A stretch of DNA of 64,000 nt. Origin: an uncultured Stakelama sp. (GTDB lineage: Bacteria > Pseudomonadota > Alphaproteobacteria > Sphingomonadales > Sphingomonadaceae). The position numbers were made by a program, and so were the translations under genes. Location of the stretch: positions 18,343 to 82,342 of the forward strand of contig CAZXBM010000008.1 in NCBI GenBank assembly GCA_964638495.1. The letters run 5' to 3'. The notes under the pieces are model-generated. The model saw nothing but the letters and a program-made list of their open reading frames with translations. It ran no database searches and was not told the origin of the DNA. Of this stretch, positions 63,907 through 64,000 are shown in pieces. Numbering within the stretch: the first letter of the stretch is position 1; each line of letters begins with the position of its first letter.

Positions 63907-64000
63907 GCTGCATCTTACAGATTTGTTACGGTCGGGGCTACCCCGGCAACGTGCCCAATAACCATTACCTCCTGCCGTTGGGCAGTAGTAAGTGACAAAC

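Noticed and set aside
1-64000. Search by eye for CRISPR arrays, rRNA, tRNA or tmRNA genes and known defence-system signatures
   Set aside because: No regularly spaced direct repeats, no tRNA-like cloverleaf of the correct size with an anticodon-arm context, and no nuclease/helicase/methylase-type ORFs were seen. The cloverleaf at 58982-59094 is too large for a tRNA. A covariance-model scan would be needed to be certain.

Overview
GC-rich accessory DNA that reads like a segment of a mobilizable plasmid or ICE. Gene content looks alphaproteobacterial and sphingomonad-like, but that is inference only.

Left 36 kb, heavy-metal island:
- Two paralogous divalent-cation HME-RND operons of czcCBA type (1.7-7.9 kb minus strand, 11.6-17.7 kb plus strand) sit as mirror images around a central core.
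- The core holds one-component sensors and inner-membrane exporters: a short CDF divergent from a CadR/PbrR-type MerR plus YnfA, and an RcnR/CsoR-type repressor divergent from a His-tailed NreB-like MFS.
- Then come a transposase-plus-resolvase unit bounded by 17-bp inverted repeats, two TonB-dependent receptors with PepSY partners (one PepSY gene is a truncated pseudogene fused to czcA-2), an IS3-family element, and a cusCBAF-type Cu/Ag operon.
- Each of the three RND operons is headed by a small putative secreted protein ending in an RPP motif.

Middle, 36.4-45.6 kb: an eight-gene co-directional array (phasin, bdhA, DUF417, patatin, DUF302, NDH-2, phbB, FMN reductase) lies behind a 61-nt near-perfect palindrome, followed by cupin-MFS-LysR.

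Right, 46-58.5 kb: a tightly overlapped nitrate-assimilation array, nasT-nasS then narK-porin-nirB-nirD-nasA-cobA-moeA-mobA. The narK leader carries an intrinsic terminator and ANTAR-type hexaloop hairpins.

End, 58.5-64 kb: about 1 kb without a convincing gene contains a cloverleaf-like nested inverted repeat. It is followed by MobC plus a relaxase and an RHH-microORF-parA-parB partition operon.

No rRNA, tRNA or CRISPR array was seen. Most long ORFs antisense to the called genes are treated as high-GC shadow ORFs. All family calls come from motif recognition by eye, with no database search.
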